59,887 nucleotides of DNA from Candidatus Enterousia sp. (GTDB taxonomy: Bacteria > Pseudomonadota > Alphaproteobacteria > Rs-D84). Position numbers and translations under genes: made by a program. This document shows, piece by piece, positions 20,489 through 31,812 of the stretch. Position 1 is the stretch's first letter, and each line of letters opens with the position of its first letter. Under the pieces are notes generated by a model. The model did not search any database and had not been told where the DNA came from. It worked only from the letters and a program-made list of their open reading frames with translations. The stretch spans positions 1 through 59,887 of the forward strand of contig JAZLHA010000005.1 in assembly GCA_045616625.1 (NCBI GenBank), given 5' to 3'.

Positions 20489-21022
20489 ATGGAAGAAAAA
20501 ATGCAATGGTTTGTTGTAAATGTTCATACAGGCTGTGAAGACAAGGTCGCACGTGGTATTCGTGAACAGATTGATAAACGTCGCTTGAATGCTTATTTTG
20601 GTGAAATTTTGGTTCCAACACGTGAAGTTATGGAAGTAAAAGGTGGTAAACGTGTTAAATCTGAAAAAAAGTTCTTTCCGGGATACATTGTTGTTCAAAT
20701 GGTTATGAATAATGAAACTTTCTCGCTGATTAAATTGATGCCTCAGGTTGTAATGTTTTTGGGTGCAAAACAAAAACCAATCGCCGTTACCGAAGAAGAG
20801 GCGCGTCGCTTATTGAAACAGGTCGAAGAAGGTTCTGTTGTTACTGACGAAACAGTGTACGAGGTTGGACAAGAGATTCATGTTATTGATGGTCCATTTA
20901 ATGGCTTTAATGGTATTGTAGCAGAAGTGGACAATCTGAAACAAAAAATGACTGCGACTATTTTGGTATTTGGTCGTGAAACTAGTGTGGAACTTGATTT
21001 TACACAGGTAGAAAGAGTCTAA
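20489..21022 (+). CDS. nusG: transcription factor NusG
   Basis: WFVVNV, FFPGYI, KOW DGPFNGF, FGRET. Confidence 0.97.
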   Translation: MEEKMQWFVVNVHTGCEDKVARGIREQIDKRRLNAYFGEILVPTREVMEVKGGKRVKSEKKFFPGYIVVQMVMNNETFSLIKLMPQVVMFLGAKQKPIAVTEEEARRLLKQVEEGSVVTDETVYEVGQEIHVIDGPFNGFNGIVAEVDNLKQKMTATILVFGRETSVELDFTQVERV

Positions 21023-21131
21023 AAAAGAGTTTTTGCAGTTGATAATGACTGCAGGAATTGTGGTAGATACGCCATATCGAACCACAACACAACCAAAGGT
21101 GCAAAACGCATCGTAACAAATGGAGTGAAAC

Positions 21132-21563
21132 ATGGCAAAAAAAGAAGTTAAGGGACTTGTAAAACTTGTTGTCCCTGCAAAACAAGCAAATCCTGCGCCA
21201 CCGATTGGTCCTGCGTTGGGTGCAGCGGGTGTAAACATCGCTGAATTCTGCAAACAATTTAATGACAAGACTGCTGATAAAGAACCTGGAATGCCAATTC
21301 CATGTATCATCACGGTTTATACAGACCGCAGCTTTGAATTTATTATGAAGTTGCCACCTGTGTCATACTATATTAAAAAGGCATTGAAATTAAAAATTGG
21401 TTCACATAAACCAGGTCGTGATTTTGTTGGTATAATAACCAAAGACCAAATTAAACAAATCGCACAAGATAAAATGCCTGACTTAAATTGCTCTACCATT
21501 GAATCTGCAATGAATATCGTTGCTGGTCAATGCCGTTCTATGGGCGTAAAGGTGGAGGATTAA
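21132..21563 (+). CDS. rplK: 50S ribosomal protein L11
   Basis: [18 protein letters not shown]. Confidence 0.98.
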   Translation: MAKKEVKGLVKLVVPAKQANPAPPIGPALGAAGVNIAEFCKQFNDKTADKEPGMPIPCIITVYTDRSFEFIMKLPPVSYYIKKALKLKIGSHKPGRDFVGIITKDQIKQIAQDKMPDLNCSTIESAMNIVAGQCRSMGVKVED

Positions 21564-21566
21564 GAT

Positions 21567-22241
21567 ATGAAACAGACTAAAAAACAACAGACATGGGCGA
21601 ATTTAGATAGAGAAAAAGTCTATACAATGGCTGACGCTATTGAGGCTTTGCGTCCATATTGTTCAAAAAAGTTTGACGAAACATTGGAAATCGCTATCCG
21701 TTTGGGTATTGATGTTACCAAGAATGATCAAAATATTCGTGGTATGTTGTCTTTGCCAAATGGTACAGGTAAAACTGTTCGTGTTGCTGTATTTACTATC
21801 AATAACCAAGAAGATGCCAAAAAAGCTGGCGCAGATGTTGTTGGTGGCGAAGAATTGATTGAACAGGTTGCATCTGGTAATGTGAATTTTGACCGTGTTA
21901 TTGCAACACCTGATATGATGCCAAAGATGTCTAAAGTGGCACGTGTTTTGGGCCCAAAAGGTTTGATGCCAAATCCAAAATTAGGTACCGTCACAAACAA
22001 TGTTGCAGAGGCTGTTAAAATTGCTAAAGCTGGCCAAATTGAATACCGTGCTGAAAAGAAAGGTATTATCCACGCTGGTTTGGGCAAAATGTCATTTGCA
22101 ACAGACAAATTGGTCGAAAATGCAAACGCATTGATTGAACAATTGAAAAAAGTTAAACCTGCATCATCCAAGGGGCAATATATCCTAGGGTGCAGTGTTG
22201 CTACAACCCAGGGCCCTGGCTTAAAGGTTGAAGCAAAATAA
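21567..22241 (+). CDS. rplA: 50S ribosomal protein L1
   Basis: KFDET, LGPKGLMPNPKLGT. Confidence 0.98.
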   Translation: MKQTKKQQTWANLDREKVYTMADAIEALRPYCSKKFDETLEIAIRLGIDVTKNDQNIRGMLSLPNGTGKTVRVAVFTINNQEDAKKAGADVVGGEELIEQVASGNVNFDRVIATPDMMPKMSKVARVLGPKGLMPNPKLGTVTNNVAEAVKIAKAGQIEYRAEKKGIIHAGLGKMSFATDKLVENANALIEQLKKVKPASSKGQYILGCSVATTQGPGLKVEAK

Positions 22242-22280
22242 TTAAATGTACGCGCGCAAGCGTGTGCATAAGCAGATTTC

Positions 22281-22330
22281 TGTCCAAGACTGATGGTGCG
22301 ACAACGCTTAATTTCCATCATAGACAAAGA
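22281..22330 (+). promoter_or_regulatory. L10 leader (rplJ autoregulatory RNA)
   Basis: TGTCCAAGACTGATGG...TTAA..CCATCATAGACA stem/kink pattern upstream of rplJ. Confidence 0.75.
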
Positions 22331-22415
22331 AAATTCTTTGGGGCAGGAACATCAAGCCCCACCTGGGTAAAACCAGATGGAAAGTTAACAAATGAAGAAG
22401 TAAGGGTATGATATA

Positions 22416-22892
22416 ATGAAACGCGAAGAAAAATCAGATTTGATTTCAGCGTTGCAGTCATCCTTGAAAGACGCGAACGGTGTTTTCGTTGTTGAAAACC
22501 ATGGTTTGACAGTACAAGAATTTGAATCTTTGCGTAATGAATTACGTGATAAAGTTTCTTTATTCAAGGTTGTCAAAAACCGTTTGATGAAATTGGCATT
22601 GAAAGATACTGATTTCGAACCTGTGTCCGACATGATGAAACGTCCAACTGCGGTTGCTGTTGCAACAGACGGTTTGGCAGTTACCAAAGTATTGGCTAAA
22701 TTTGCGGAAGCACATCCAAATTTAACAATCGTTGGTGGTAAAATGGATGCAGACGTTTTGAACGTGGATGGCATCGTGCAATTATCCAAGCTTCCTTCCC
22801 TGTTGGAAATTCGTTCCACTATCGCGCGTATTTTGGTTGAACCAGCATCGCGTTTGGCGCGTGTTTCAGCAGAGTATGGAAAAAAGAATTAA
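22416..22892 (+). CDS. rplJ: 50S ribosomal protein L10
   Basis: GLTV..LR..VVKNRL..LPS; operon position. Confidence 0.96.
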   Translation: MKREEKSDLISALQSSLKDANGVFVVENHGLTVQEFESLRNELRDKVSLFKVVKNRLMKLALKDTDFEPVSDMMKRPTAVAVATDGLAVTKVLAKFAEAHPNLTIVGGKMDADVLNVDGIVQLSKLPSLLEIRSTIARILVEPASRLARVSAEYGKKN

Positions 22893-22917
22893 CTTAAAAC
22901 TCTAAAGGAGTATTAAA

Positions 22918-23283
22918 ATGGCAGACATTCAAAAAATAGTTGAAGAATTGTCAAAATTGACTGTCCAAGAAGCAGTTGAATTGTCCAAAGCATTGGAAGA
23001 AACATGGGGCGTTAGCGCTGCTGCTGCTGTTGCAGTTGCTGCGGGTCCTGCTGCTGCTGCTGCTGAAGAAAAGTCTGAATTTGATGTTGTATTGGCTGAT
23101 GCTGGTGCAAACAAATTGGCTGTTATCAAAGCAGTTAAAGACATTACTGGTTTAGGTTTGGGCGAAGCAAAAGCTTTGGTTGAATCTGCACCAAAGGCCG
23201 TTAAAGAAGCGGTTGCCAAAGATGAAGCTGAAAAAATGAAAGCAACTTTGGAAGCTGCTGGCGCAAAAGTAGAATTGAAATAA
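22918..23283 (+). CDS. rplL: 50S ribosomal protein L7/L12
   Basis: Ala hinge, [20 protein letters not shown]. Confidence 0.98.
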   Translation: MADIQKIVEELSKLTVQEAVELSKALEETWGVSAAAAVAVAAGPAAAAAEEKSEFDVVLADAGANKLAVIKAVKDITGLGLGEAKALVESAPKAVKEAVAKDEAEKMKATLEAAGAKVELK

Positions 23284-23425
23284 TTTCTACACAATAAAAA
23301 ATCGTTACGGGAAACCGTAATGTCACCAACCGCCCGTCATGGTAAAAACTATGGCGGGCATAGGTGCGAAATAAAATACAAACAGTTTCGTTTGCAAAAC
23401 GCATAGAAAAAAAGGATTGATACCC

Positions 23426-26400
23426 ATGGCAGTTATCCAGAAACTTAGAAAATCTTTCGGTAAAAGTTTTTTGCAAACTCCACTTCCTGATTTAGTTGAG
23501 ATACAATACAATTCTTACAAAGATTTTTTGCAGGCTGATGTTGAACCAGCAAACCGCAAAAATATCGGTTTACAGAATGTTTTTTCATCTATGTTCCCAA
23601 TCAAAGATTATGCCGGTGTGGCAGATTTGGAATTTGTGGAATATAAATTGGAAGAACCTATATATAATGTAAAAGAATGTATGCTGCGTAATATGAATTA
23701 TTCACGCAGATTGAAATTGAAGTTGAGATTGATTTTGTGGGATGTCGCAGAAGATGGCAAAAAAACTCTGCGTGACATCAAAGAACAAGAAATATTTATG
23801 GGCGAAGTGCCGTTGATGACCGAACGCGGTAGTTTTATTGCTGCAGGTGTTGAACGTGTTATCGTTTCACAAATGCATCGTGCCCAAGGTGTTGTGTTCG
23901 CCACAACAAAAGAAGCCAAGATTGCAGGTAACCCAATAACATATACTGCGCGTATTATTCCAGAACACGGCAGTTGGATTGACTTTGAAGAATCTAAGGG
24001 TGTTATTTATGTCCGTATTGACCGTCGTCGTAAAGTTCCTGCAACTGTATTGTTGCGTTGCTTGCCGGCCGCCGAAGACGAAAAGAAGTGGGCATCCGAC
24101 CCACGCAAATTGGGCATTCGTGGAATGTCTGACGCTGAGATCTTGGGTGCGTTTTACAAACGATTGGCGTTAAAGTTTAACGGTAAAATGTGGATTGGTC
24201 AAACCGCTGATTTCGCAGGTTTGGATAAATTCCGTTTGAATTATGACTTGTTGGGTGTAAAGGATAAAAAGCCTTTGTTATCCAAGGGTGACCGTTTGAA
24301 CGCAAAACGTATGTCTAAATTGACAGATAGCACCAAAGAATATGGAATTGAATCAGAATCTATGTTGGGCGAATTTTTGTTTGATCCAATCATGAATGGT
24401 GAAGAGGTTTTATATCCAGCAGGTACAGAAATCACAGAAGAGGTTTTGTCTGATATCGCAAAATTAGGTGTCAAAGAACTTTCTTTGATTGCGATTGATA
24501 ATGCTACTGTTACTGCACACATGCGCAATACATTGGTTGCTGATAAAATTACAAATCGTGATGATGCTTTGATTGAAATTTACAATATTATCAGACCGGG
24601 CGAACGTCCAACAGTAGAAGCAGCAACAAATCTGTTCTTGCGTCAAGGTTTTGATCCAGCATATTATGATTTGTCGGCAGTTGGTCGTTTCAAATTAAAC
24701 AAACGTTTGAAAATTGATTCTGGTAAACGTCCAGAAGATGATCGTTTGTTGACCAAATCTGATTTCTTGGCTGTATTAAAAACATTAACAAACATCATTG
24801 ATCACAAGGATACAATTGATGATATTGATAACCTGTCAAATCGTCGTGTTCGTACAGTTGGTGAATTGTTAGAACAGACTTTCCGTACAGGTATGTTGCG
24901 TATAGATCGTTTGGTTCGTGAAAGTTTATCTTCACCAAATATTGCTAATATGCAACCCCAGGATGTTATCAATGTTAAACCTTTGATGTCTTTGATTTCT
25001 GAATTCTTAGGCACATCCCAGTTGTCTCAGTTTATGGATGCCTATAACCCATTGGCAGAATTGGAACACAAACGTCGTATTTCTGCTTTGGGTCCTGGGG
25101 GATTAAATCGTGAACGTGCTGGTATTGATGTTCGTGACGTTCATCCAACACACTATGGTCGTTTGTGCCCAATTCACACCCCCGAAGGTGCGAACATTGG
25201 TTTGATTAACCATTTGGCAACATATGCGCGTGTTAATCCATACGGATTTATTGAAACACCATATTATGAGGTTAAAAATGGTAAAGTGACCGATAAAATG
25301 GTGTATTTAACCTCTGATGAAGAATTAGGACATAAAATTGCCCAGGGTAATACTCCAACAAATGCAGCTGGTGTTTTGACCGAAGATATGGTTACTGCGC
25401 GTGTTGATGGTGAATTTACCATGATTCCAAAGTTGGATGTTGACTTAATCGACGTTGAACCACGTCAGGTGGTATCAATTGCAACAGGTTTGATACCGTT
25501 CGTTGAAAACGACGACGCTAACCGTGCTTTGATGGGATCAAACATGCAACGTCAGGGTGTTCCACTATTGCGTGTCCAGGCACCATTGGTTGGTACAGGT
25601 ATTGAACGCGAAGTAGCACGTGATTCCCGTACAGGTAAAATTGCGAAACACAGTGGTGTGGTTGAATCTGTGGATGCAAATCGTATTGTGGTAAAATGTA
25701 TGAATTCACGTAACGTTGTGACTGGTGTTGATATTTATAACCTTGAAAAGTTTGAACGTTCAAACAGTGAAACTTTGATTCATCAAAAACCATTGGTCCA
25801 TGTTGGTGACCGTATTTCTGCGGGCGATATCATTGCTGATGGTTCGTCTATGAATTACGGTGAATTGGCTTTGGGTCGTAACGTTTTGGTCGCATTTGTG
25901 CCATGGCGTGGTTATAACTATGAAGACGCTATTGTGATTTCTGAACGTATTTCACGCGATGATGCGTTCACGTCGGTTAAGATTGTTGAAAAAGAAATCA
26001 AGGTTCGTGATACACAATTGGGGCCAGAAAGTTTGACACGTGATATTCCAAATGTTAGTGAAGAATCGTTAAAGAATTTGGATGAATCTGGAATTATCTA
26101 TGTTGGTGCGCGTGTAAAACAGGGTGATATTTTGGTTGGTCGTGTTTCACCAAAATCTGAAACATTATTGACACCAGAAGAGGCGCTGTTGCGTAACATC
26201 TTTGGTGAAAAGGCATTGAACGTTAAAGATTCTTCATTAAAGGTTGGACCAAATGAAGAAGGAACAGTTATCGGCGTTAATGTTTTGACTCGTCATGGTG
26301 TTAAGAAAGATGAGCGTACCCAGATGATTGAATTGGAAAAGATTGCAAAAATCAACAAGGATCGCGAAGAAGAAACCGCGATTACTGAAAAGGGTTTTGC

Positions 26401-27562
26401 GGATCAAATTTTCCAAATCGTTGAAGGTCAAACCGTTGAATCTGGAACTGGATCTATTAAACCATTTATTGGTAAAAAGATTACAGTCGAAGTATTTGAA
26501 GGCATAAAACCATCTGATGTTAAAAAATTGGTTGTTAAAAATAAAGAAATTCAGACCAAGGTTGATGAATTGGCTGAACAATTGACAATCAAATTGAAAC
26601 AATTGAACGACAGGGCAGATGCTGAAATTGCCAAGGCCACAGAAAGCAATTCTTTGGGCGCAAGTGTCTTGAAAGAAGTCAAAGTTTACATTGCACACAA
26701 AATGAAATTACAGCCTGGTGATAAAATGGCTGGACGTCATGGAAACAAGGGTATTGTATCCAAGGTTGTCCCAATCGAAGATATGCCACATATGGAAGAC
26801 GGAACCCCAGTTGATATCGTATTGAATCCTTTGGGTGTGCCATCCCGTATGAATATTGGTCAGATTTTAGAAACCCACCTTGGTATGGCTGCACGTACAT
26901 TGGGTCAACAGATTGGTGCTGTTTTAGATGAGGTAAAACAGAAACGTGCTGTGACTGATGATTTGCGCAATATCATGGGTAAAATCTATGGCAAAGAAAC
27001 ATCTGAAAAGTTAGCAAAAATGACTGATACAGACGTTCGTGCAGAGGCAGCATTGTTGCGCGACGGTGTTCCGATGGCAACCCCAACATTTGACGGGGCA
27101 AGTCCAGAAGACATTCGTGCGATGCTGAAATTGGCAAAATTACCAGAAACAGGTCAGTTTACATTGTATGACGGTATGACTGGTGAAAAGTTTGCACGTC
27201 CTGTGACAGTTGGTGTTATGTACATGATGAAATTGCATCACTTTGTTGATGAAAAGATTCACGCCCGTTCTGTTGGTAGCTATTCGTTAGTTACACAACA
27301 ACCATTGTCTGGTAAAGCCCATATGGGTGGCCAGCGTTTGGGTGAAATGGAAGTATGGGCACTGGAAGCACACGGTGCAGCACACTTGTTGCGTGAAATG
27401 TTAACAGTAAAGTCTGATGATATTGTTGGCCGTAATAAAATGTATGAAGCAATCATATCGGGCAGCAACGATATTCAGACAGGTACACCAGAAGCATTTA
27501 ACGTATTCGTTCGCGAATTGCGTGGATTGGGTCTGGCGATGACACCAAAGAAAATAGACTAG
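23426..27562 (+). CDS. rpoB: RNA polymerase beta subunit
   Basis: SQLSQFMD, HKRRISALGPGG, GDKMAGRHGNKG, GGQRLGEME. Confidence 0.99.
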   Translation: MAVIQKLRKSFGKSFLQTPLPDLVEIQYNSYKDFLQADVEPANRKNIGLQNVFSSMFPIKDYAGVADLEFVEYKLEEPIYNVKECMLRNMNYSRRLKLKLRLILWDVAEDGKKTLRDIKEQEIFMGEVPLMTERGSFIAAGVERVIVSQMHRAQGVVFATTKEAKIAGNPITYTARIIPEHGSWIDFEESKGVIYVRIDRRRKVPATVLLRCLPAAEDEKKWASDPRKLGIRGMSDAEILGAFYKRLALKFNGKMWIGQTADFAGLDKFRLNYDLLGVKDKKPLLSKGDRLNAKRMSKLTDSTKEYGIESESMLGEFLFDPIMNGEEVLYPAGTEITEEVLSDIAKLGVKELSLIAIDNATVTAHMRNTLVADKITNRDDALIEIYNIIRPGERPTVEAATNLFLRQGFDPAYYDLSAVGRFKLNKRLKIDSGKRPEDDRLLTKSDFLAVLKTLTNIIDHKDTIDDIDNLSNRRVRTVGELLEQTFRTGMLRIDRLVRESLSSPNIANMQPQDVINVKPLMSLISEFLGTSQLSQFMDAYNPLAELEHKRRISALGPGGLNRERAGIDVRDVHPTHYGRLCPIHTPEGANIGLINHLATYARVNPYGFIETPYYEVKNGKVTDKMVYLTSDEELGHKIAQGNTPTNAAGVLTEDMVTARVDGEFTMIPKLDVDLIDVEPRQVVSIATGLIPFVENDDANRALMGSNMQRQGVPLLRVQAPLVGTGIEREVARDSRTGKIAKHSGVVESVDANRIVVKCMNSRNVVTGVDIYNLEKFERSNSETLIHQKPLVHVGDRISAGDIIADGSSMNYGELALGRNVLVAFVPWRGYNYEDAIVISERISRDDAFTSVKIVEKEIKVRDTQLGPESLTRDIPNVSEESLKNLDESGIIYVGARVKQGDILVGRVSPKSETLLTPEEALLRNIFGEKALNVKDSSLKVGPNEEGTVIGVNVLTRHGVKKDERTQMIELEKIAKINKDREEETAITEKGFADQIFQIVEGQTVESGTGSIKPFIGKKITVEVFEGIKPSDVKKLVVKNKEIQTKVDELAEQLTIKLKQLNDRADAEIAKATESNSLGASVLKEVKVYIAHKMKLQPGDKMAGRHGNKGIVSKVVPIEDMPHMEDGTPVDIVLNPLGVPSRMNIGQILETHLGMAARTLGQQIGAVLDEVKQKRAVTDDLRNIMGKIYGKETSEKLAKMTDTDVRAEAALLRDGVPMATPTFDGASPEDIRAMLKLAKLPETGQFTLYDGMTGEKFARPVTVGVMYMMKLHHFVDEKIHARSVGSYSLVTQQPLSGKAHMGGQRLGEMEVWALEAHGAAHLLREMLTVKSDDIVGRNKMYEAIISGSNDIQTGTPEAFNVFVRELRGLGLAMTPKKID

Positions 27563-27639
27563 TGGCAGCGGCCGCATGCTGTGTAAATCCACAGCACGCT
27601 GCCACACGCACTTTTACTTGACTAAAAGGAGCAGAATAA

Positions 27640-30600
27640 ATGGCAAATATGTTGCAAAAGATATTTGGACAAATTGAAACAAAAGAACAGTTTGATGCAT
27701 TGCGTATTACTATTGCATCACCCGAAGAAATACTGTCTTGGTCACATGGTGAGGTTAAAAAGCCTGAAACTATTAACTATCACTCTTTGAAACCAGAAGC
27801 AGAAGGTTTGTTCTGTCAGCAGATTTTCGGACCTGTAAAGGATTATGAATGCGCATGCGGTAAATATAAAAGAATCAAATACCGTGGTGTTGTTTGTGAA
27901 CGTTGCGGGGTAGAGGTTGGACCATCATCTGTTCGTCGTGAACGTATGGGGCATATTAAATTAGCAATGCCTGTGGCGCATACTTGGTTTTTGCGTGAAG
28001 GTAAAATTGCTACATTGTTGAATAATTTGCCACAAAAGAAATTGGAACAGGTTATTTCATATGATGCTTATATCGTTATTGAACCTGGCCTTACCAGTTT
28101 GAAATTGTATGACGTCATCAGCGAAGATGAATATCAAGCAAAGAAGGAAGAATTTGGTGAAGATTCTTTCCGTGTTGGTATTGGTGCCGAAGGTGTTCGT
28201 TCAATAATTGCGAATCTTGATATGGGCGATGAACGTACACGTTTGCGTGCAGAATTGGCTGAAACAAAATCTGAAGCAAAACGTAAATCAATTATCAAAC
28301 AATTGAAATTAGTGGAAGCATTCCTTGATTCTAAAACAGAACCAGCATGGATGTTGCCTGATATTATTCCGGTTATTCCACCAGATATGCGTCCATTGGT
28401 TACTTTGGATGCTGGTCATGTTGCGGCATCTGATTTGAATGATTTGTATCGTCGTGTAATTATCCGTAACAATCGTTTGAAAAGATTTATGGAAATGCAT
28501 GCACCTGATATCATCGTTCGTAACGAAAAACGTATGTTGCAGGAAGCAGTTGATTCATTGTTCGATAACGGACACAAGGCACGTCCAATGGTGTCCCAGA
28601 ATCGTCGTCCATTGAAGTCATTATCTGATTCATTGCGCGGTAAATCTGGACGTTTCCGTATGAATATGTTGGGTAAACGTGTAGATTATTCTGGTCGTTC
28701 TGTAATTGTGTCTGGGCCAACATTGAAAATGCATCAGGTTGGTTTGCCAAAAATTATGGCATTGGAATTGTTTAAACCATTTGTGTTTGCGCGTCTATTG
28801 TCTGGCGGTTATGCAAATACTTTAAAAACTGCACGTAAAATGGTTGAAAACGGTGAAGATATCGTATGGGAAATTTTGGAAAAGGTTATTTACCAACATC
28901 CTGTATTATTAAACCGTGCACCAACATTGCACAGACTTTCATTATTGGCGTTTGAACCAGTATTGATAGAAGGTAAGGCAATTCGTTTGCATCCATTGGT
29001 GTGTAAAGGATTTAATGCCGACTTTGATGGTGACCAGATGTCTGTTCATGTGCCAATTTCATTAGAGGCACAATTGGAAGCACGTACATTGATGTTATCA
29101 ACAAATAATATTTTGTCACCTGCAAATGGTGAGCCTATGACTGTGTTGTCCCAGGACATGGTGTTGGGTATTTACTATATTTCGTTGATGAACGGCGAAC
29201 ATACTGATAAATCACCACGTTTTTCTGGTATGGACGAAGTGCAATTGGCATTGCAAAATAAAACAATTACTTTGCATACACCGATTGTTGCACGTGTCAA
29301 TGGTAAAACTTACAAAACAACTGCTGGTCGTATGATTTTGGGCGAATTATTACCAAAGTCTGACAATATGCCATTTGATTTGGTTAATAAAGTTATGCCA
29401 TCTGGCGAAATAAAATCATTGCTTGCAACAACATATGAACGTTGTGGCGATAAAGCGATGGTATTGTTGGCCGATGCGTTAAAGAATACTGGTTTTGAAC
29501 AGGCTGCACGCAGTGGTATTTCAATTGGATTTGATGATATCGTTATTCCTGATGAAAAGGGTGATATTATTAAAGAAACTGAAAAACAGGCATCAGAAAT
29601 TGAAAACCAATATCAAAGTGGTTTGTTATCCAGTGGTGAACGTCATAATAAATTGATTGATTTGTGGCAGAAAACCACAGATAAATTGGGTGATTTGGCT
29701 TATGCTGCGCTGGGTAAGACAGAGGGTGATAAATGGAACTCTATCTATATGATGGCTGTGTCCAAGGCTCGTGGTTCCAAGGGTCAGATTCAGCAGTTAG
29801 CAGGTATGCGTGGTATGATGCAGAAGCCAGACGGTTCTATTATTGAAGTTCCTATTATTTCGAACTTTAAAGAAGGTTTAACCATGTCTGAATACTTTAC
29901 GTCAACACACGGTGCGCGTAAAGGTATGTCGGATACCGCGTTGAAAACAGCTGAGGCAGGTTATCTAACCCGTCGTTTGGTTGAATTGGCACAAAATACT
30001 GTTATTACCGAACATGATTGTGGCACAACAGAATTTATTACTGCGAAACCTGTATACCAGGGTTCAACATTGTCTGTTGCGTTGGGTGATGTTGTTTTGG
30101 GTCGTACCGCGGCACATGATATCGTTCATCCTGTGACCAAAGAAGTCATTGTAAAGGCGGGCGATTTAATTAACAAGGCACACGCAAAACAGATTAATGA
30201 ATCTGGTTTGCCAAGTGTTGATGTCCGCAGTGTTTTGACATGTTGCAGTAATGGTTTGTGTGCAAAATGTTATGGTATGGATTTGTCACGTGGAACATTG
30301 GTCCATGTTGGTGAAGCGGTTGGTGTTGTTGCAGGTCAATCTATTGGTGAACCAGGAACACAGTTGACTTTGCGTACCTTCCACATTGGTGGTATTGCTG
30401 AGGGTGGATCTGAAAGTCACTTTATAGAAGTTCCTGTTTCAGGTACAATCAAATTTAATGGTGTGAATACAATTAAAAATTCTGCTGGTCGTGTTATCGT
30501 TTTGTCACGTAACGGTGAAATATCTGTTGTTGGCAACAAGGGCGAAACATTGTTCAGCATGGCGTTACCATACGCATCTATGTTGATTGTAAGCGAAGGC

Positions 30601-31749
30601 GACAAAGTGGCCAAGGGTGATAAGGTTGCAGAATGGGATCCATATTCTAATACAATTATCGCTGAAAAAGACGGAACAGTATGCTTTAATGATTTGATTG
30701 AAAATGTATCATTCTTGGAAGAAGTAGATGCTATGACCGGTATCGTTTCTCGCAAGGTTGTTAATTGGAAAACAAATACCAAGAAAGCGTTGAATCCATC
30801 TGTCACATTGGTTGATGACAAGGGCCAGGTAATTTCACTGGGCGGCAAAAAAATTGCTGAATACTTATTGCCAATATATTCTGTATTGAATGTAAATAAT
30901 GGTGATGCAGTAAAAGCTGGTGATATTTTGGCACGTATTCCTGTGCAAACCAAAAAGACAAGCGATATTACAGGTGGCTTGCCACGTGTAGAAGAATTGT
31001 TGGAGGTTCGTCGTCCATCTAACCCGGCATTGTTGGCAGAGGTTGACGGAACAATTGAACTTGAAGATGCTAAAAATAAAATCATCGTTCGTATTGAACC
31101 AACAGACGGCACAGCGCCAGTTGAATACGCGGTGCCAAAGGGAACAAACTTGTTGGTGCGCAGTGGTGATGTTGTGCACAAGGCTGATAAATTGGTTGAC
31201 GGTGAACCTGTACCTCAGGATATTTTGCGTATTTTGGGTCAAAAGGCACTTACAACATTTATGGTTGAACAAGTTCAGCAAGTTTACCGCTTGCAGGGTG
31301 TGGCAATTAACGACAAACATATTGAAATTTTGATTCGTGAAATGACACGTCGTGTTGAAATCGGTAATCCTGGTGATACTGGATTCTTGATGGGTCAGGT
31401 TGTTGACCGTGTTGATTTCGAAGAAGAAAACGCACGCGTTGTTCATGATGGTGGTCGCCCAGCAGAGGCTTCACAAGTCTTGGTTGGTTTGACACGTGCT
31501 TCATTGACATCACGTTCATTTATTTCTAACGCTTCGTTCCAACAAACAACGAAAGTATTGGTTGATGCCGCAATTAGTGGTTCAACAGATAAATTAGTTG
31601 GTGTTAACGAAAACTTGATTGTTGGTCGTTTGATTCCAATGGGAACAGGTGCATACGTTCGTCGTGTGCGCGAAATTGCCAAGGAAGAAGAACGTGCTGA
31701 AAAACTTGCACGCGAAGGTGGCGAACAACAACAGTTGTTGGACATATAA
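27640..31749 (+). CDS. rpoC: RNA polymerase beta' subunit
   Basis: Zn finger, NADFDGDQM catalytic motif, GEPGTQLT. Confidence 0.99.
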   Translation: MANMLQKIFGQIETKEQFDALRITIASPEEILSWSHGEVKKPETINYHSLKPEAEGLFCQQIFGPVKDYECACGKYKRIKYRGVVCERCGVEVGPSSVRRERMGHIKLAMPVAHTWFLREGKIATLLNNLPQKKLEQVISYDAYIVIEPGLTSLKLYDVISEDEYQAKKEEFGEDSFRVGIGAEGVRSIIANLDMGDERTRLRAELAETKSEAKRKSIIKQLKLVEAFLDSKTEPAWMLPDIIPVIPPDMRPLVTLDAGHVAASDLNDLYRRVIIRNNRLKRFMEMHAPDIIVRNEKRMLQEAVDSLFDNGHKARPMVSQNRRPLKSLSDSLRGKSGRFRMNMLGKRVDYSGRSVIVSGPTLKMHQVGLPKIMALELFKPFVFARLLSGGYANTLKTARKMVENGEDIVWEILEKVIYQHPVLLNRAPTLHRLSLLAFEPVLIEGKAIRLHPLVCKGFNADFDGDQMSVHVPISLEAQLEARTLMLSTNNILSPANGEPMTVLSQDMVLGIYYISLMNGEHTDKSPRFSGMDEVQLALQNKTITLHTPIVARVNGKTYKTTAGRMILGELLPKSDNMPFDLVNKVMPSGEIKSLLATTYERCGDKAMVLLADALKNTGFEQAARSGISIGFDDIVIPDEKGDIIKETEKQASEIENQYQSGLLSSGERHNKLIDLWQKTTDKLGDLAYAALGKTEGDKWNSIYMMAVSKARGSKGQIQQLAGMRGMMQKPDGSIIEVPIISNFKEGLTMSEYFTSTHGARKGMSDTALKTAEAGYLTRRLVELAQNTVITEHDCGTTEFITAKPVYQGSTLSVALGDVVLGRTAAHDIVHPVTKEVIVKAGDLINKAHAKQINESGLPSVDVRSVLTCCSNGLCAKCYGMDLSRGTLVHVGEAVGVVAGQSIGEPGTQLTLRTFHIGGIAEGGSESHFIEVPVSGTIKFNGVNTIKNSAGRVIVLSRNGEISVVGNKGETLFSMALPYASMLIVSEGDKVAKGDKVAEWDPYSNTIIAEKDGTVCFNDLIENVSFLEEVDAMTGIVSRKVVNWKTNTKKALNPSVTLVDDKGQVISLGGKKIAEYLLPIYSVLNVNNGDAVKAGDILARIPVQTKKTSDITGGLPRVEELLEVRRPSNPALLAEVDGTIELEDAKNKIIVRIEPTDGTAPVEYAVPKGTNLLVRSGDVVHKADKLVDGEPVPQDILRILGQKALTTFMVEQVQQVYRLQGVAINDKHIEILIREMTRRVEIGNPGDTGFLMGQVVDRVDFEEENARVVHDGGRPAEASQVLVGLTRASLTSRSFISNASFQQTTKVLVDAAISGSTDKLVGVNENLIVGRLIPMGTGAYVRRVREIAKEEERAEKLAREGGEQQQLLDI

Positions 31750-31768
31750 AATAAAACACGAGGGGGGC

Positions 31769-31809
31769 TTTTACCCGTGCCCCAATTTTAGGGACACGGG
31801 TAAATTTTT
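31769..31809 (+). terminator. hairpin/terminator after rpoC
   Basis: TTTACCCGTG.CCC...GGG.CACGGGTAAA followed by T-run. Confidence 0.6.
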
Positions 31810-31812
31810 ACT

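Noticed and set aside
22184-22189. Another CCTAGG
   Set aside because: Inside rplA and lacks the AAA/TTT arms; chance occurrence.
23014-23070. GCT tandem repeats
   Set aside because: Encode the normal Ala hinge of L7/L12.
25000-25110. Substitutions in the RpoB rifampicin pocket (FMDAYNPLAELEH)
   Set aside because: The key D516, H526 and S531 equivalents are intact, so no resistance claim can be supported.
27562-27605. GC-rich hairpin between rpoB and rpoC
   Set aside because: No U-tail; most likely an ordinary mRNA processing or stability stem.
30417-31745. Long antisense ORFs over rpoC (similar ones over rplA, rplL, virB10 and gap)
   Set aside because: Shadow frames produced by codon bias of real genes; no RBS or family motifs.
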